A DNA stretch of 64,000 bases from Candidatus Thermofontivivens primus (GTDB lineage: Bacteria; Sysuimicrobiota; Sysuimicrobiia; Sysuimicrobiales; Thermofontiviventaceae), in contig JAVKJW010000009.1 of the NCBI GenBank assembly GCA_031458695.1, positions 469 to 64,468 of the forward strand, in the 5' to 3' direction. Position numbers and translations under genes: made by a program. Shown in pieces: positions 51,347-60,518 of this stretch. How positions within the stretch are numbered: the stretch's first letter is position 1; every line of letters starts with the position of its first letter. The notes beneath the pieces were generated by a model. That model had not been told where the DNA came from and made no database searches. It was given only the letters and a program-made list of their open reading frames with translations.

Positions 51347-52589
51347 AGAGGTGTTGATCAAAGGGAGGGCTGCTCGCGAGGCAGCAAATCTCTTGCGCGC
51401 GGCGTCTACGGCGGCAAAGAACCAGGCCCTCCTTGCCATGGCCGACGCCCTAGAGGCTCAACAAAAGCGGATTCTCGAAGCGAATGCTCAGGACATTCAG
51501 CGGGCCGAGCGCTCCGGGGCAAGCAAAGCGTTTGTTGATCGGTTACGTCTCACCCCGGAGCGGATCCAGGGAATGGCTACTGGGCTACGCCAGATTGCTG
51601 CGCTGGAAGACCCAGTGGGGAAGATAGAAGGAATGTGGCGCCGTCCTAACGGGATGTGGGTCGGCAGGATGCGCGTGCCCATCGGCGTCATCGCCATGAT
51701 CTATGAGGCAAGGCCGAACGTCACAGTGGACGCAGCTGGTCTCTGCGTGAAGGCGGGCAATGCTGCGATCCTCAGGGGAGGGAGCGAGGCGGTGCACTCG
51801 AATCGCATGCTGGTGCAGCTCCTTTCTGATGCTCTTGCGACGTCCGGTCTGCCTGCCAGCGCCGTTCAGACGCTTGAGACAACGGACCATGCGGCGGTGA
51901 TCGAACTTGCCCGGCACCCCGAGTACATTGACCTAGTTATCCCACGAGGGAGCGAGGCATTGATCCGTGCCGTGGTGGAGAACGCCAGGGTCCCTGTCCT
52001 TAAACACTTCAAAGGGGTCTGTCACGTTTATGTGGACAGGGAAGCCGATCAGGAGAAGGCTCTCCGTATTGTGCTGAATGCCAAAGTGCAACGCCCGAGC
52101 GTTTGCAATGCCATGGAGACGCTCCTCGTGGATCAGGCAATCGCGCAAGAGTTCCTCCACCGCGTTATCCCAGAACTGGAGGCGGCTGGAGTGGAGGTCA
52201 GGGGCTGTCCACGGACACGCGCCGTTACCCCCCACGTGAAGGAAGCCACCGAAGATGACTGGTCCGCCGAATATCTGGACCTAGTCCTGGCAGTGCGCGT
52301 GGTGGACGGTCTTGAGGAGGCCATTGCCCACATCCAGCGCTACAGCACTGGCCTTGCTGATGCCATCGTTACAGAGAACTACGGGCGGGCCATGCGATTC
52401 GTCTATGCCGTGGATAGCGCTGCTGTCCTGGTAAATGCGAGCACCCGCCTTGTGGATGGAGGGGAGTTTGGCCTGGGGGCAGAGATCGGGATCAGCACCG
52501 ACCGGCTCCATGCCCGCGGTCCCATGGGTCTGGAGGAGTTAACCACAAAGAAGTTTGTTGTCCTTGGCTCCGGCCAAGTGCGGGAATAG
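51330..52589 (+). CDS. proA: Gamma-glutamyl phosphate reductase
   Basis: Catalytic-Cys block RPSVCNAMETLLVD and an aldehyde dehydrogenase fold. GTG 51330 follows GGAGGAGAGGGGAGGGGG and overlaps the proB end by 17 nt. Confidence 0.93.
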   Translation: MRDPVEEVLIKGRAAREAANLLRAASTAAKNQALLAMADALEAQQKRILEANAQDIQRAERSGASKAFVDRLRLTPERIQGMATGLRQIAALEDPVGKIEGMWRRPNGMWVGRMRVPIGVIAMIYEARPNVTVDAAGLCVKAGNAAILRGGSEAVHSNRMLVQLLSDALATSGLPASAVQTLETTDHAAVIELARHPEYIDLVIPRGSEALIRAVVENARVPVLKHFKGVCHVYVDREADQEKALRIVLNAKVQRPSVCNAMETLLVDQAIAQEFLHRVIPELEAAGVEVRGCPRTRAVTPHVKEATEDDWSAEYLDLVLAVRVVDGLEEAIAHIQRYSTGLADAIVTENYGRAMRFVYAVDSAAVLVNASTRLVDGGEFGLGAEIGISTDRLHARGPMGLEELTTKKFVVLGSGQVRE

Positions 52590-52597
52590 CGACTTGC

Positions 52598-53263
52598 CTA
52601 GATCCCCGTCAGTTTGATCCCAATAGCCCGGCGCTTGTAGAGAAGGTTAAGGCCGATGAGCAGGCCGCCGAGGTGTTCAAGTACCCCGGCGTTCCGGAGA
52701 GGCCCGACGTTGAAGCCCCTTGCCCCAAGGTCCTGGGCAAGAGCGATCACTTCTTGCTTGGCCTCCTCTGCATCTCCACAGATCAAGACGTCTCCCTCGA
52801 GAGGTTCATCGAGGCGGGAGAGGAGGTAACCGCTCACTGTGTGGAACCCAGAGACGAGTTGGACCTCTTCTCCGAGCAGCTGCTTGGCCCGTTCGGCTGC
52901 GGACCCTGCCGCTGGCCGGTCGACCACCAAAGGGCGTTTGGAGAGGAGCGGGACCGTGACATCAACCACGATCTTCCCACGGACAGCTTCGCGAAGGGCT
53001 GGCAAGATTCCCCCCTGGGCGCTATAGGGTATGGTGAGAACAACGATCTCGGCTTGTTCTGCCGCCTGCTCGTTGGGGAGGCCTTGAACTTGAGCACTGG
53101 GGATGAGCGAGAGGAGTCTTCGAGTTGCATCCTCAGCTCGGTGTGGGCTGCGGGAGCCTATGAGAATCCGATGTCCTGCTCTGGCCCAGCGGAGGGCCAG
53201 TCCGAACCCTTCCTGTCCCGTCCCCCCGATGATGGCGATCCGTTTGCGTCGCATGAGGGGCAA
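52598..53263 (-). CDS. NADPH-dependent F420 reductase-like oxidoreductase (Fno/NpdG family)
   Basis: IAIIGGTGQEGFGLALRWARAGHRILIGSR, VVLTIP, KIVVDVTVP, SAAERAKQLL, VSGFHTV, DVLICGDAEEAKQEV, GPLRNAGVLE parallel archaeal Fno block by block (by eye). TTG 53263 lies 5 nt after AGGAGGT. Confidence 0.7.
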   Translation of the reverse strand: MPLMRRKRIAIIGGTGQEGFGLALRWARAGHRILIGSRSPHRAEDATRRLLSLIPSAQVQGLPNEQAAEQAEIVVLTIPYSAQGGILPALREAVRGKIVVDVTVPLLSKRPLVVDRPAAGSAAERAKQLLGEEVQLVSGFHTVSGYLLSRLDEPLEGDVLICGDAEEAKQEVIALAQDLGARGFNVGPLRNAGVLEHLGGLLIGLNLLYKRRAIGIKLTGI

Positions 53264-53275
53264 GGAGTACCTCCT

Positions 53276-54214
53276 TCACGGCAGGATGCGCGTTCCCGCC
53301 TCTCCCTCAAGCGCCTTTCCAATTGCCGAAGGAGAAGTGATGAGAACCATCTTGCCTCCCGCCTCCAGATACTGAATGGCTGCCTCAATCTTAGGGCCCA
53401 TGCTTCCTGGAGGGAAATGCCCTTCGTGGAGATAGCGGCGTGCCTCATCCACGGTCATCTCGGTGAGCCAGCGCTCCTGTGGCGTCCTGTAATGGATGGC
53501 GACCTGGTCGACAGCCGTTGAGATAAGGAAGAGGTCCGCGCGCAAGCCGATGGCGAGAAGGCTTGCTGTTAAATCCTTGTCAATGACAGCCTCTACTCCT
53601 TTCAGAGCTCCTCCCTCTTCGCAGATCACCGGAATCCCTCCCCCTCCCGCCGCGATGATCAGGAATCCCGCGCTTTGGAGGGCTCTAATGGCATCCATCT
53701 CCAGGATCTCCCGGGGGCGGGGAGAGGGGACGACGCGACGCCAGCCCCTCCCAGCGTCCTCCATCACCGCCTTTCCTTCCTTCCGGTACTGTTCCGCCCG
53801 CTCCCTGGTGAGAAAGGGACCTACAGGCTTCGTTGGGTTGAGGAAGGCGGGGTCATCACGGTCCACCAGGACCTGGGTCACGACCGTAACGATGGATCGT
53901 CGGATCCCAAGGCGCAATAGGTTATTACGCAGGGCCTGCTGGATCATGTAGCCAAGCGATCCCTGAGTATCCGCGACGCACAGGTCCAGGGGGACAGGAT
54001 GCAGGAGATCGCTGGCAAGTTCCGCGCGCAAGAGGGCAAACCCCACTTGAGGTCCGTTGCCATGGGTGATGACGATGTCCCATCCTGCTGCAATCATTGC
54101 CGCGAGATGTCCACACGTCTCTCCAATTGCTCCCCACTGGTCGGGGACGGTTTGATGGGCTTCGTTCCTGATGAGCGAGTTCCCTCCAATCGCGACTACC
54201 GCAAGCTTGTGCAT
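53276..54214 (-). CDS. arcC: Carbamate kinase
   Basis: 312 aa with VVAIGGNSL, ITHGNGPQVG, IIAAGGGGIPV. Confidence 0.9.
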   Translation of the reverse strand: MHKLAVVAIGGNSLIRNEAHQTVPDQWGAIGETCGHLAAMIAAGWDIVITHGNGPQVGFALLRAELASDLLHPVPLDLCVADTQGSLGYMIQQALRNNLLRLGIRRSIVTVVTQVLVDRDDPAFLNPTKPVGPFLTRERAEQYRKEGKAVMEDAGRGWRRVVPSPRPREILEMDAIRALQSAGFLIIAAGGGGIPVICEEGGALKGVEAVIDKDLTASLLAIGLRADLFLISTAVDQVAIHYRTPQERWLTEMTVDEARRYLHEGHFPPGSMGPKIEAAIQYLEAGGKMVLITSPSAIGKALEGEAGTRILP

Positions 54215-54423
54215 CGGTTGACACTCCTGTGATCACCGGTATGGGGAATATCCTTGTCCACAAGAAGACAAACACTCCGTTCGCCGCCTCTCTACAGAGT
54301 CCTCTCTATGCTTCCGAGGGGGTTCAGCTTCCCATAGGGCCAAAAAGGCGAACAAATCCTTGCCTCCCTGATCCATGCAAAACAGGGAAATCGTCAGATC
54401 CTTGAGAACACAAGGTTTTTCTC

Positions 54424-54452
54424 TTGCCAGGGGGATCTTTCTATGCGAATAT
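54424..54452 (+). promoter_or_regulatory. Candidate promoter of the BMP-type ABC transporter operon
   Basis: TTGCCA (54424-54429), 17 nt, GAATAT (54447-54452); AATATA at 18 nt is an alternative. Confidence 0.3.
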
Positions 54453-54524
54453 AGAAACGGGAAGGATCGGTTAGTGTTCGACTAATACGAACAATTCTTG
54501 TAAGGGGGAAGTCCTTCGAAAAGG

Positions 54525-56075
54525 ATGACGCGCGTGTCCAAACCTATTTACCAGGATCCCCCGCTCGTCCAAATGGTCGGCATCACCAAGCGATTTCCCG
54601 GGGTCGTGGCGAACGACCGCGTCTCCTTTGAGGTGCGACGGGGGGAGATCCATGCCCTGCTGGGGGAGAACGGTGCAGGGAAGAGTACCCTCATGAAGAT
54701 TCTGTATGGTTTCTACCGTCCCGACGAGGGAGAGATCTACCTTGATGGCCGCCGTGTTGTCTTCCGATCCCCCCGGGATGCCATCGCCCACGGGATTGGG
54801 ATGGTCTTCCAGCACTTCACGCTTGTCCCTTCTCTCTCCGTGATGGAGAACCTCCTCATGGGGATGGACTCCTGTCCTTTTGTGCTTCGTCAGGATCTTG
54901 CCCGGAGGATCGAGGAGCTCTCCCGGCGGTACGGGCTTCAGGTAGATCCGAGAGCCAAGGTCTGGCAGCTCAGTGTCGGGGAACAACAACGCGTGGAGGT
55001 CTTAAAACTTCTTTACCGGGAGGCGAGGATTCTCATCCTCGATGAACCTACTTCTGTCCTGACGCCTCTCGAGGTGCGGAACCTGTTTAGCACCCTCAGG
55101 CAACTTGCTTCGGAGGGGCGATCCATCGTCTTGATTACGCACAAGCTGGACGAGGTAATGGCTCTAGCTGACCGTATCACGGTCCTGCGTGCAGGTCGAG
55201 TTGTGGGGACCTTGGAACGGGCGCAAGCAACGAAAGAGGAGCTTGCCAGGATGATGGTAGGGAGAGAGACATCCCTCCAAACCACTCGGGACCCGGTTCC
55301 CCCTGGTCCCGTGGTTCTCGAAGTAGAGAACCTCCAGGCACGAAACGACCGGGGCCTGCCTGCGCTGCGGGGGATCTCTTTTGAGGTACGTGCGGGGGAA
55401 ATTTTTGGCATCGGCGGAGTCGCTGGCAATGGACAGCGAGAGCTTGGGGAGGTGATCATGGGCCTGCGACCCGCTACGAGTGGTCGCGTGCGTATCCTTG
55501 GACGCGATGTCACCAACCGTTCACCTATGGAGATCCTTCGCTACGGGGTCAGCTACATCCCTGAGGACCGGCTGAAGATGGGGGTAGCTCCCGGCCTGAG
55601 CGTGAGAGAGAACCTTCTGCTCAGGTACTACAATACCCCTCCCTACTGCCGAGGACCCCTCCTGGACTTCGCCGCGGCACGCAGCCTTGCGGACCATCTC
55701 ATCGCCCAGTTTGGTATCCTCGTCCCGGACAGGGAGGTTCCTGTCCGATTCCTCTCTGGAGGGAACCTCCAGCGACTGATCCTGGCCCGGGAGATCCATA
55801 TCGCTCCCCGCTTGATTGTGGCGTTTCACCCTACGCGCGGACTCGATGTGGCTGCCACGGAAGCGACGCACCGGATCTTGATGGAGCAAAGGAAGGCCGG
55901 AACGGCGATTCTGCTTATCTCGGAGGACCTTGACGAAATCCTGACCCTGAGCGACCGTATTGGCGTGATGCACGAGGGCGAGATAGTGGGAGTCTTTCCA
56001 AGGGAAGGGGTAGACTTAGAGGAAATTGCCCTTCTCATGGCAGGAGAACGAAGGATCCCGGCAAGAGTCTTTTGA
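54525..56075 (+). CDS. ABC transporter ATP-binding protein, duplicated ATPase (BMP/nucleoside-type uptake system)
   Basis: Two NBDs: GENGAGKST ... LSVGEQQRVEV ... ILILDEPT, and GVAGNGQRE ... LSGGNLQRL. Confidence 0.9.
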   Translation: MTRVSKPIYQDPPLVQMVGITKRFPGVVANDRVSFEVRRGEIHALLGENGAGKSTLMKILYGFYRPDEGEIYLDGRRVVFRSPRDAIAHGIGMVFQHFTLVPSLSVMENLLMGMDSCPFVLRQDLARRIEELSRRYGLQVDPRAKVWQLSVGEQQRVEVLKLLYREARILILDEPTSVLTPLEVRNLFSTLRQLASEGRSIVLITHKLDEVMALADRITVLRAGRVVGTLERAQATKEELARMMVGRETSLQTTRDPVPPGPVVLEVENLQARNDRGLPALRGISFEVRAGEIFGIGGVAGNGQRELGEVIMGLRPATSGRVRILGRDVTNRSPMEILRYGVSYIPEDRLKMGVAPGLSVRENLLLRYYNTPPYCRGPLLDFAAARSLADHLIAQFGILVPDREVPVRFLSGGNLQRLILAREIHIAPRLIVAFHPTRGLDVAATEATHRILMEQRKAGTAILLISEDLDEILTLSDRIGVMHEGEIVGVFPREGVDLEEIALLMAGERRIPARVF

Positions 56076-56154
56076 CCTGGCCTCCGGTGAAACCTCAGTC
56101 AGAAGGTTTCGCTGGGAACTACTTCGATGTTCCCTCGGTTGTCGGTGGAGAGAT

Positions 56155-57180
56155 ATGTGGAAAGTTTGGATCGTACTGCGTCCAGCACTCTCCCTGCTCC
56201 TCGCCTTCACGGTGGGCGCGGCATTTTTGGCCATCGCCGGGCTCAACCCCATAAAGGCATACGTGGTAATGCTGGAGGGTCCCTTCGGGAGCTGGTGGGG
56301 AGTCACAGAGACCGTCGTCAAGGCTACACCTCTGATCTTGACCTCCCTTGCCGTGCTTCTCCCGGCGAAGATGCAGCTTTGGAACATCGGTGCAGAAGGC
56401 CAGCTTCACCTCGGGGCCATTGGGGCCACCTGGGTCGCCCTGTTCTTTCCTTTCCGGCAGGAGCCACAATGGGTGATCCCCTTGATGATCACCGCTGGGT
56501 TCGTTGCAGGAGCGCTTTGGGCAGGGATCCCTGGTGTGTTGCGCGCGTACCTCAATGTGAACGAGGTGATCACCACACTCATGCTCAACTATGTGGCCGT
56601 CCTCTGGGTAGACTATCTCATCTATGGTCCATGGAAGGACCCGGTGAGTTTGGGGTTCCCTCTCACCCCGCTCTTCCCGGGGTCGGCTCGGTTTCCGACA
56701 ATCCCAGGGACACGGATCCACCTTGGGCTTCTCCTGGGGCTCGTTGGAGTATTCCTGGTCTCCCTGATCCTCGGGAGGACACGGTGGGGGTTTGAGATCC
56801 GGGTGATCGGGGACAACCCTTCCGCCGCGCGTTACGCTGGGATGAACCTGGCTAAGAATATCCTTCTTACCATGGTGGTCGCTGGCGGGCTTGCTGGCCT
56901 AGCAGGGGTTGGAGAGGTTGCAGCAATTCAGGGGCGGTTGCAGCGAGGGATCTCTCCGGGGTACGGGTACACAGCGATCCTTGTCGCCTGGCTTGCTAGG
57001 TTGAATCCCTGGGCTACAGTTTTGGTCTCCTTTCTCCTGGGGGGACTCCTTCTGGGAGGGGACTCCTTACAGATCGCCATGGGAGTCCCTGTCTCCGTGG
57101 TATACCTCCTCCAAGGATTGATCTTCTTCTTCGTGCTGGGGGGCGACGCCCTGATGCGCTCCAATGGAGTGGCTAAGTGA
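56155..57180 (+). CDS. ABC transporter permease (BPD_transp_2 type)
   Basis: Hydrophobic, about 9-10 TM, WNIGAEGQLHLGA motif. ATG 56155 follows GGTGGAGAG. Confidence 0.88.
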   Translation: MWKVWIVLRPALSLLLAFTVGAAFLAIAGLNPIKAYVVMLEGPFGSWWGVTETVVKATPLILTSLAVLLPAKMQLWNIGAEGQLHLGAIGATWVALFFPFRQEPQWVIPLMITAGFVAGALWAGIPGVLRAYLNVNEVITTLMLNYVAVLWVDYLIYGPWKDPVSLGFPLTPLFPGSARFPTIPGTRIHLGLLLGLVGVFLVSLILGRTRWGFEIRVIGDNPSAARYAGMNLAKNILLTMVVAGGLAGLAGVGEVAAIQGRLQRGISPGYGYTAILVAWLARLNPWATVLVSFLLGGLLLGGDSLQIAMGVPVSVVYLLQGLIFFFVLGGDALMRSNGVAK

Positions 57181-57214
57181 GACCAGCGTACTACGGACAT
57201 TGGGTGACGTCGAG

Positions 57215-58144
57215 ATGGAAATCGCTGCTCTCCTTATACCAGTCCTTACAGCTGCTGTCCGGGCGGGTACGCCCGTTCTCTACGCGACCCTTGGGGAGAT
57301 CTTCGCAGAACGGAGTGGCGTACTCAACCTAGGGGTAGAGGGGATGATGCTCGTAGGAGCCCTCATGGCGTTCGTGGTAACCCACATGACGGGGATCCCA
57401 TGGCTTGGCGTCCTTGCAGCCCTTCTGGCTGGAGGCCTCGTCAGTCTTATTCACGGGCTTCTCTCGATCACACTACGGGCGAACCAAGTTGTGAGCGGGC
57501 TAGCCCTCACGATCTTTGGGACCGGCCTGAGCGGGTTCTTGGGTAAGCGCTACATCGGCGTGCCGGCGGAGAGCTTTCGACCCTTCCCCTTGCCCGTTCT
57601 CAACGATCTCCCCGTTCTCGGTCCCGTTCTCTTCCGCCAGGATATCTTGGTGTACCTCACCTACCTGCTTATTCCCTTGGCTTCCTGGGTTCTGTACCGG
57701 ACGCGGTGGGGTCTATACATCCGGGCAGTTGGGGAGCACCCCGAGGCCGCCGATGCGATGGGCGTGAACGTTGAAGGCGTGCGGTATGCCTGTGTTACAC
57801 TTGGGGGGATGCTGGCGGGGTTAGGAGGGGCTTACCTTTCCACGGCATATACAGCGATGTGGATCGAGAATATGACCGCAGGCCGTGGCTGGATCGCAGT
57901 AGCCCTCGTTATCTTCGCCACATGGGACCCTCTCAGAGCGATGGGAGGGGCCTACCTGTTTGGAGGCGTAAACGCCCTCCAACTTCATGTCCAGGCGATG
58001 GGAAGCGCGTTGCCCACCTACCTGTTGTTGATGACGCCGTATCTCTTTACCATTGTGGTCCTCATCCTGGCGACGCGGGAAACAGCACGCAAGCGGCTTG
58101 GGGCTCCAGCCGCCCTGAGCATTCCCTACACGCGGTCAGGATGA
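57215..58144 (+). CDS. ABC transporter permease (BPD_transp_2 type)
   Basis: GEIFAERSGVLNLGVEGMMLVGA motif, multi-TM. ATG 57215. Confidence 0.88.
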   Translation: MEIAALLIPVLTAAVRAGTPVLYATLGEIFAERSGVLNLGVEGMMLVGALMAFVVTHMTGIPWLGVLAALLAGGLVSLIHGLLSITLRANQVVSGLALTIFGTGLSGFLGKRYIGVPAESFRPFPLPVLNDLPVLGPVLFRQDILVYLTYLLIPLASWVLYRTRWGLYIRAVGEHPEAADAMGVNVEGVRYACVTLGGMLAGLGGAYLSTAYTAMWIENMTAGRGWIAVALVIFATWDPLRAMGGAYLFGGVNALQLHVQAMGSALPTYLLLMTPYLFTIVVLILATRETARKRLGAPAALSIPYTRSG

Positions 58145-58162
58145 AAACGCGAGAGAGGAGGG

Positions 58163-59245
58163 ATGCAGATGAAAGAATGGAAGTACGCCATTGTCCTTCT
58201 TCTCGCCGGGATGCTGCTTGTGCCCGGCGCACTTTTCGCCCAAGGTGCGAAGCTAAAGGTCGGATTCGTCTATGTCGGCCCAATTGGCGATGATGGATGG
58301 ACCTTTTCCCATGACCAGGGGAGGAAGTACCTGGAGCGGACTTTGCCGTATGTCGAGACGACCTTTGCGGAGAGTGTCGCAGAGGCTGATGTGGAGCGTG
58401 TTATGGAGGAGATGATCCGGCGCGGGGTTAAGGTCATCTTCGCAACGAGCTTTGGGTACATGGACGCCGTGTTGAAAGTAGCAGCCAGGCACCCCGACGT
58501 CATCTTCGAGCACGCCACAGGATTCAAACGGGCGAAGAACGTGGGAACCTATATGGGCAAGCTGGAGGAACCATTCTATCTCGCCGGGCTTGTCGCCGGG
58601 AGGATGAGCAAGAAGGGGGATATCGGGTTCGTAGCCCCGGTTCCGATCCCGGAGGTCATCCGCATCGTCAATGCGTTCACCCTGGGGGTGCGGGAGACCA
58701 ACCCGAAGGCCAAGGTCCGGGTGGTATGGGTCAACAAGTGGTTTGATCCTGCGCATGAGCGAGAGGCGGCACAGAGCCTACTGAATGTGGGGGTGGATCT
58801 CCTTGCCCACTACCAGGACTCCGCTGCCACGGTTCAACTCGCCGCGCAGAACAATGTCTACGTTGTGGGCGCGAACTTTGACCAAAGCAGGTTCGGCCCT
58901 AAGGTCCACCTCACAGCGGCCGTGTGGAATTGGGGCCCCCTTTATGTCGAGATCGTCAGGCGCGTCCGGGCGGGTACGTGGAAGAGTGAGGATATCCTTT
59001 GGGGGATGAAGGAAGGGATCGTTGCCCTCGCGCCACTTGGACCAATGGTTCCCACCGATGTCCGGAAGCTGGTGGAACGCCGCAAGCAAGAGATCATCTC
59101 CGGGAAGAGGCTAGTTTTTACCGGACCGATTAAGGACCAGAGCGGGAAGGTGCGTATCCCTGCAGGCAAGGCCATGCGCATCGAGGAGCTCATGGGCATG
59201 GACTGGTTCGTGGAAGGGGTGGTAGGGCAGATTCCCAAGAAGTAG
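58163..59245 (+). CDS. BMP-family (PnrA/Med-like) ABC substrate-binding protein, paralogue 1
   Basis: Signal peptide without Cys (LLLAGMLLVPGALFAQG), KVGFVYVGPIGDDGWTFSHDQG and the rest of the BMP fold. Confidence 0.88.
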   Translation: MQMKEWKYAIVLLLAGMLLVPGALFAQGAKLKVGFVYVGPIGDDGWTFSHDQGRKYLERTLPYVETTFAESVAEADVERVMEEMIRRGVKVIFATSFGYMDAVLKVAARHPDVIFEHATGFKRAKNVGTYMGKLEEPFYLAGLVAGRMSKKGDIGFVAPVPIPEVIRIVNAFTLGVRETNPKAKVRVVWVNKWFDPAHEREAAQSLLNVGVDLLAHYQDSAATVQLAAQNNVYVVGANFDQSRFGPKVHLTAAVWNWGPLYVEIVRRVRAGTWKSEDILWGMKEGIVALAPLGPMVPTDVRKLVERRKQEIISGKRLVFTGPIKDQSGKVRIPAGKAMRIEELMGMDWFVEGVVGQIPKK

Positions 59246-59290
59246 CGATGCATACTTCTTGCAAGGAGAGCAACAGAAGGAGGGAGAGGG

Positions 59291-60376
59291 ATGGGGGTAG
59301 GATGGCAACGGATTTTTGGAGGGTTCCTCGTCCTCTTGCTCTTGGCATTATTCCTTCCTCTTCCAGGGGTGGGCCAAGGGAAACTCCGTGCAGCGTTCGT
59401 GTATGTGGGTCCCGTAGGTGATGCAGGGTGGACCTATGCTCACGATCAAGGCCGTCGGTGCGCAGAGAAGCAGGTGAAAGGTGTGGAGACTACGTACGTG
59501 GAGAACGTTTCGGAGGCCGATGCGGAGCGCGTGATCGTCGATCTCGCACGCCGCGGGTACAAGGTCATCTTCACGACCAGTTATGGGTATATGGATGCGA
59601 CCATTGCAGCTGCACGGCAGTTCCCCAATACCATCTTTGAGCACGCTTCAGGGTTCAAACGCGCAAAGAACGTGGGGACTTACTTCGGCCGCATCGAGCA
59701 AGCCAGGTATCTCACAGGGCTCGTAGCTGGGAAAATGACAAAGACGCACCTCATCGGCTATGTCGCCGCCCACCCGATCCCGGAGGTCGTGCGAGGAATC
59801 AACAGCTTTACCCTCGGTGTTCGGGCGGTCAATCCCAAGGCGAAGGTGCATGTCGTGTGGACAAATACGTGGTACGACCCTGGGACCGAGCGCGAAGCTG
59901 CAGAGAGCCTTCTCAACCTTGGGGCCGATGTGCTGGCCCAGCACCAGGATTCACCGGCCGCAGTCCAGGCGGCCAGCAAGCGCGGCAAGTACGCCATCGG
60001 CTATCACTCGGACATGAGCAAATTTGGGGGTAGGAACCACCTCACAGCGGCCGTGTGGAATTGGTGTCCCCTCTATGTCTACATCCTCGAACACGTTCGC
60101 GCCGGGACCTGGAAGAGCGAGGACCTCTGGTGGGGGATGGAGAGAGGGGTTGTGGATATCGCCCCCTTTAGCCCTTTAGTTCCCGCGTCCGTTCGCCAGC
60201 TCGTGGAAGCAAGGAGAAAGGCCATTGTACAGGGGAAATTCGACTTCTTTGCTGGTCCCATTAAGGATCAGGAAGGGAGGGTGCGAATTCCTCAGGGTTC
60301 TCGCCTCTCCGATGAGCAGCAACTGTCCATGGACTGGTTCGTGGAAGGGGTGGTAGGACAAATTCCCAAGAAGTAG
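59291..60376 (+). CDS. BMP-family ABC substrate-binding protein, paralogue 2
   Basis: Colinear with paralogue 1 (FVYVGPVGDAGWTYAHDQG ... MDWFVEGVVGQIPKK). Signal peptide without a lipobox Cys. Confidence 0.88.
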   Translation: MGVGWQRIFGGFLVLLLLALFLPLPGVGQGKLRAAFVYVGPVGDAGWTYAHDQGRRCAEKQVKGVETTYVENVSEADAERVIVDLARRGYKVIFTTSYGYMDATIAAARQFPNTIFEHASGFKRAKNVGTYFGRIEQARYLTGLVAGKMTKTHLIGYVAAHPIPEVVRGINSFTLGVRAVNPKAKVHVVWTNTWYDPGTEREAAESLLNLGADVLAQHQDSPAAVQAASKRGKYAIGYHSDMSKFGGRNHLTAAVWNWCPLYVYILEHVRAGTWKSEDLWWGMERGVVDIAPFSPLVPASVRQLVEARRKAIVQGKFDFFAGPIKDQEGRVRIPQGSRLSDEQQLSMDWFVEGVVGQIPKK

Positions 60377-60489
60377 CAGAGACCCCAGGCATCACGTGAG
60401 GGCCTTGGGAGTAGCCTATTCACGACATCCGACCCCGAGGTCTCCTTGCCCAAATCCACAAAACGGATTTTGAGAGGAATCCGCTTCCA

Positions 60490-60518
60490 TTGACCCTTCT
60501 CAGCGTGCGCCCTATAAT
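60490..60518 (+). promoter_or_regulatory. Near-consensus sigma-70 promoter upstream of clpP
   Basis: TTGACC (60490-60495), 17 nt, TATAAT (60513-60518). Implies a leader of about 150 nt. Confidence 0.6.

Noticed and set aside
50117-53521. 315-aa minus ORF (50117-51064) and 282-aa plus ORF (52673-53521)
   Set aside because: Antisense to proB and to the Fno-like/arcC genes respectively. They show no domains and have typical GC-rich shadow-frame composition.
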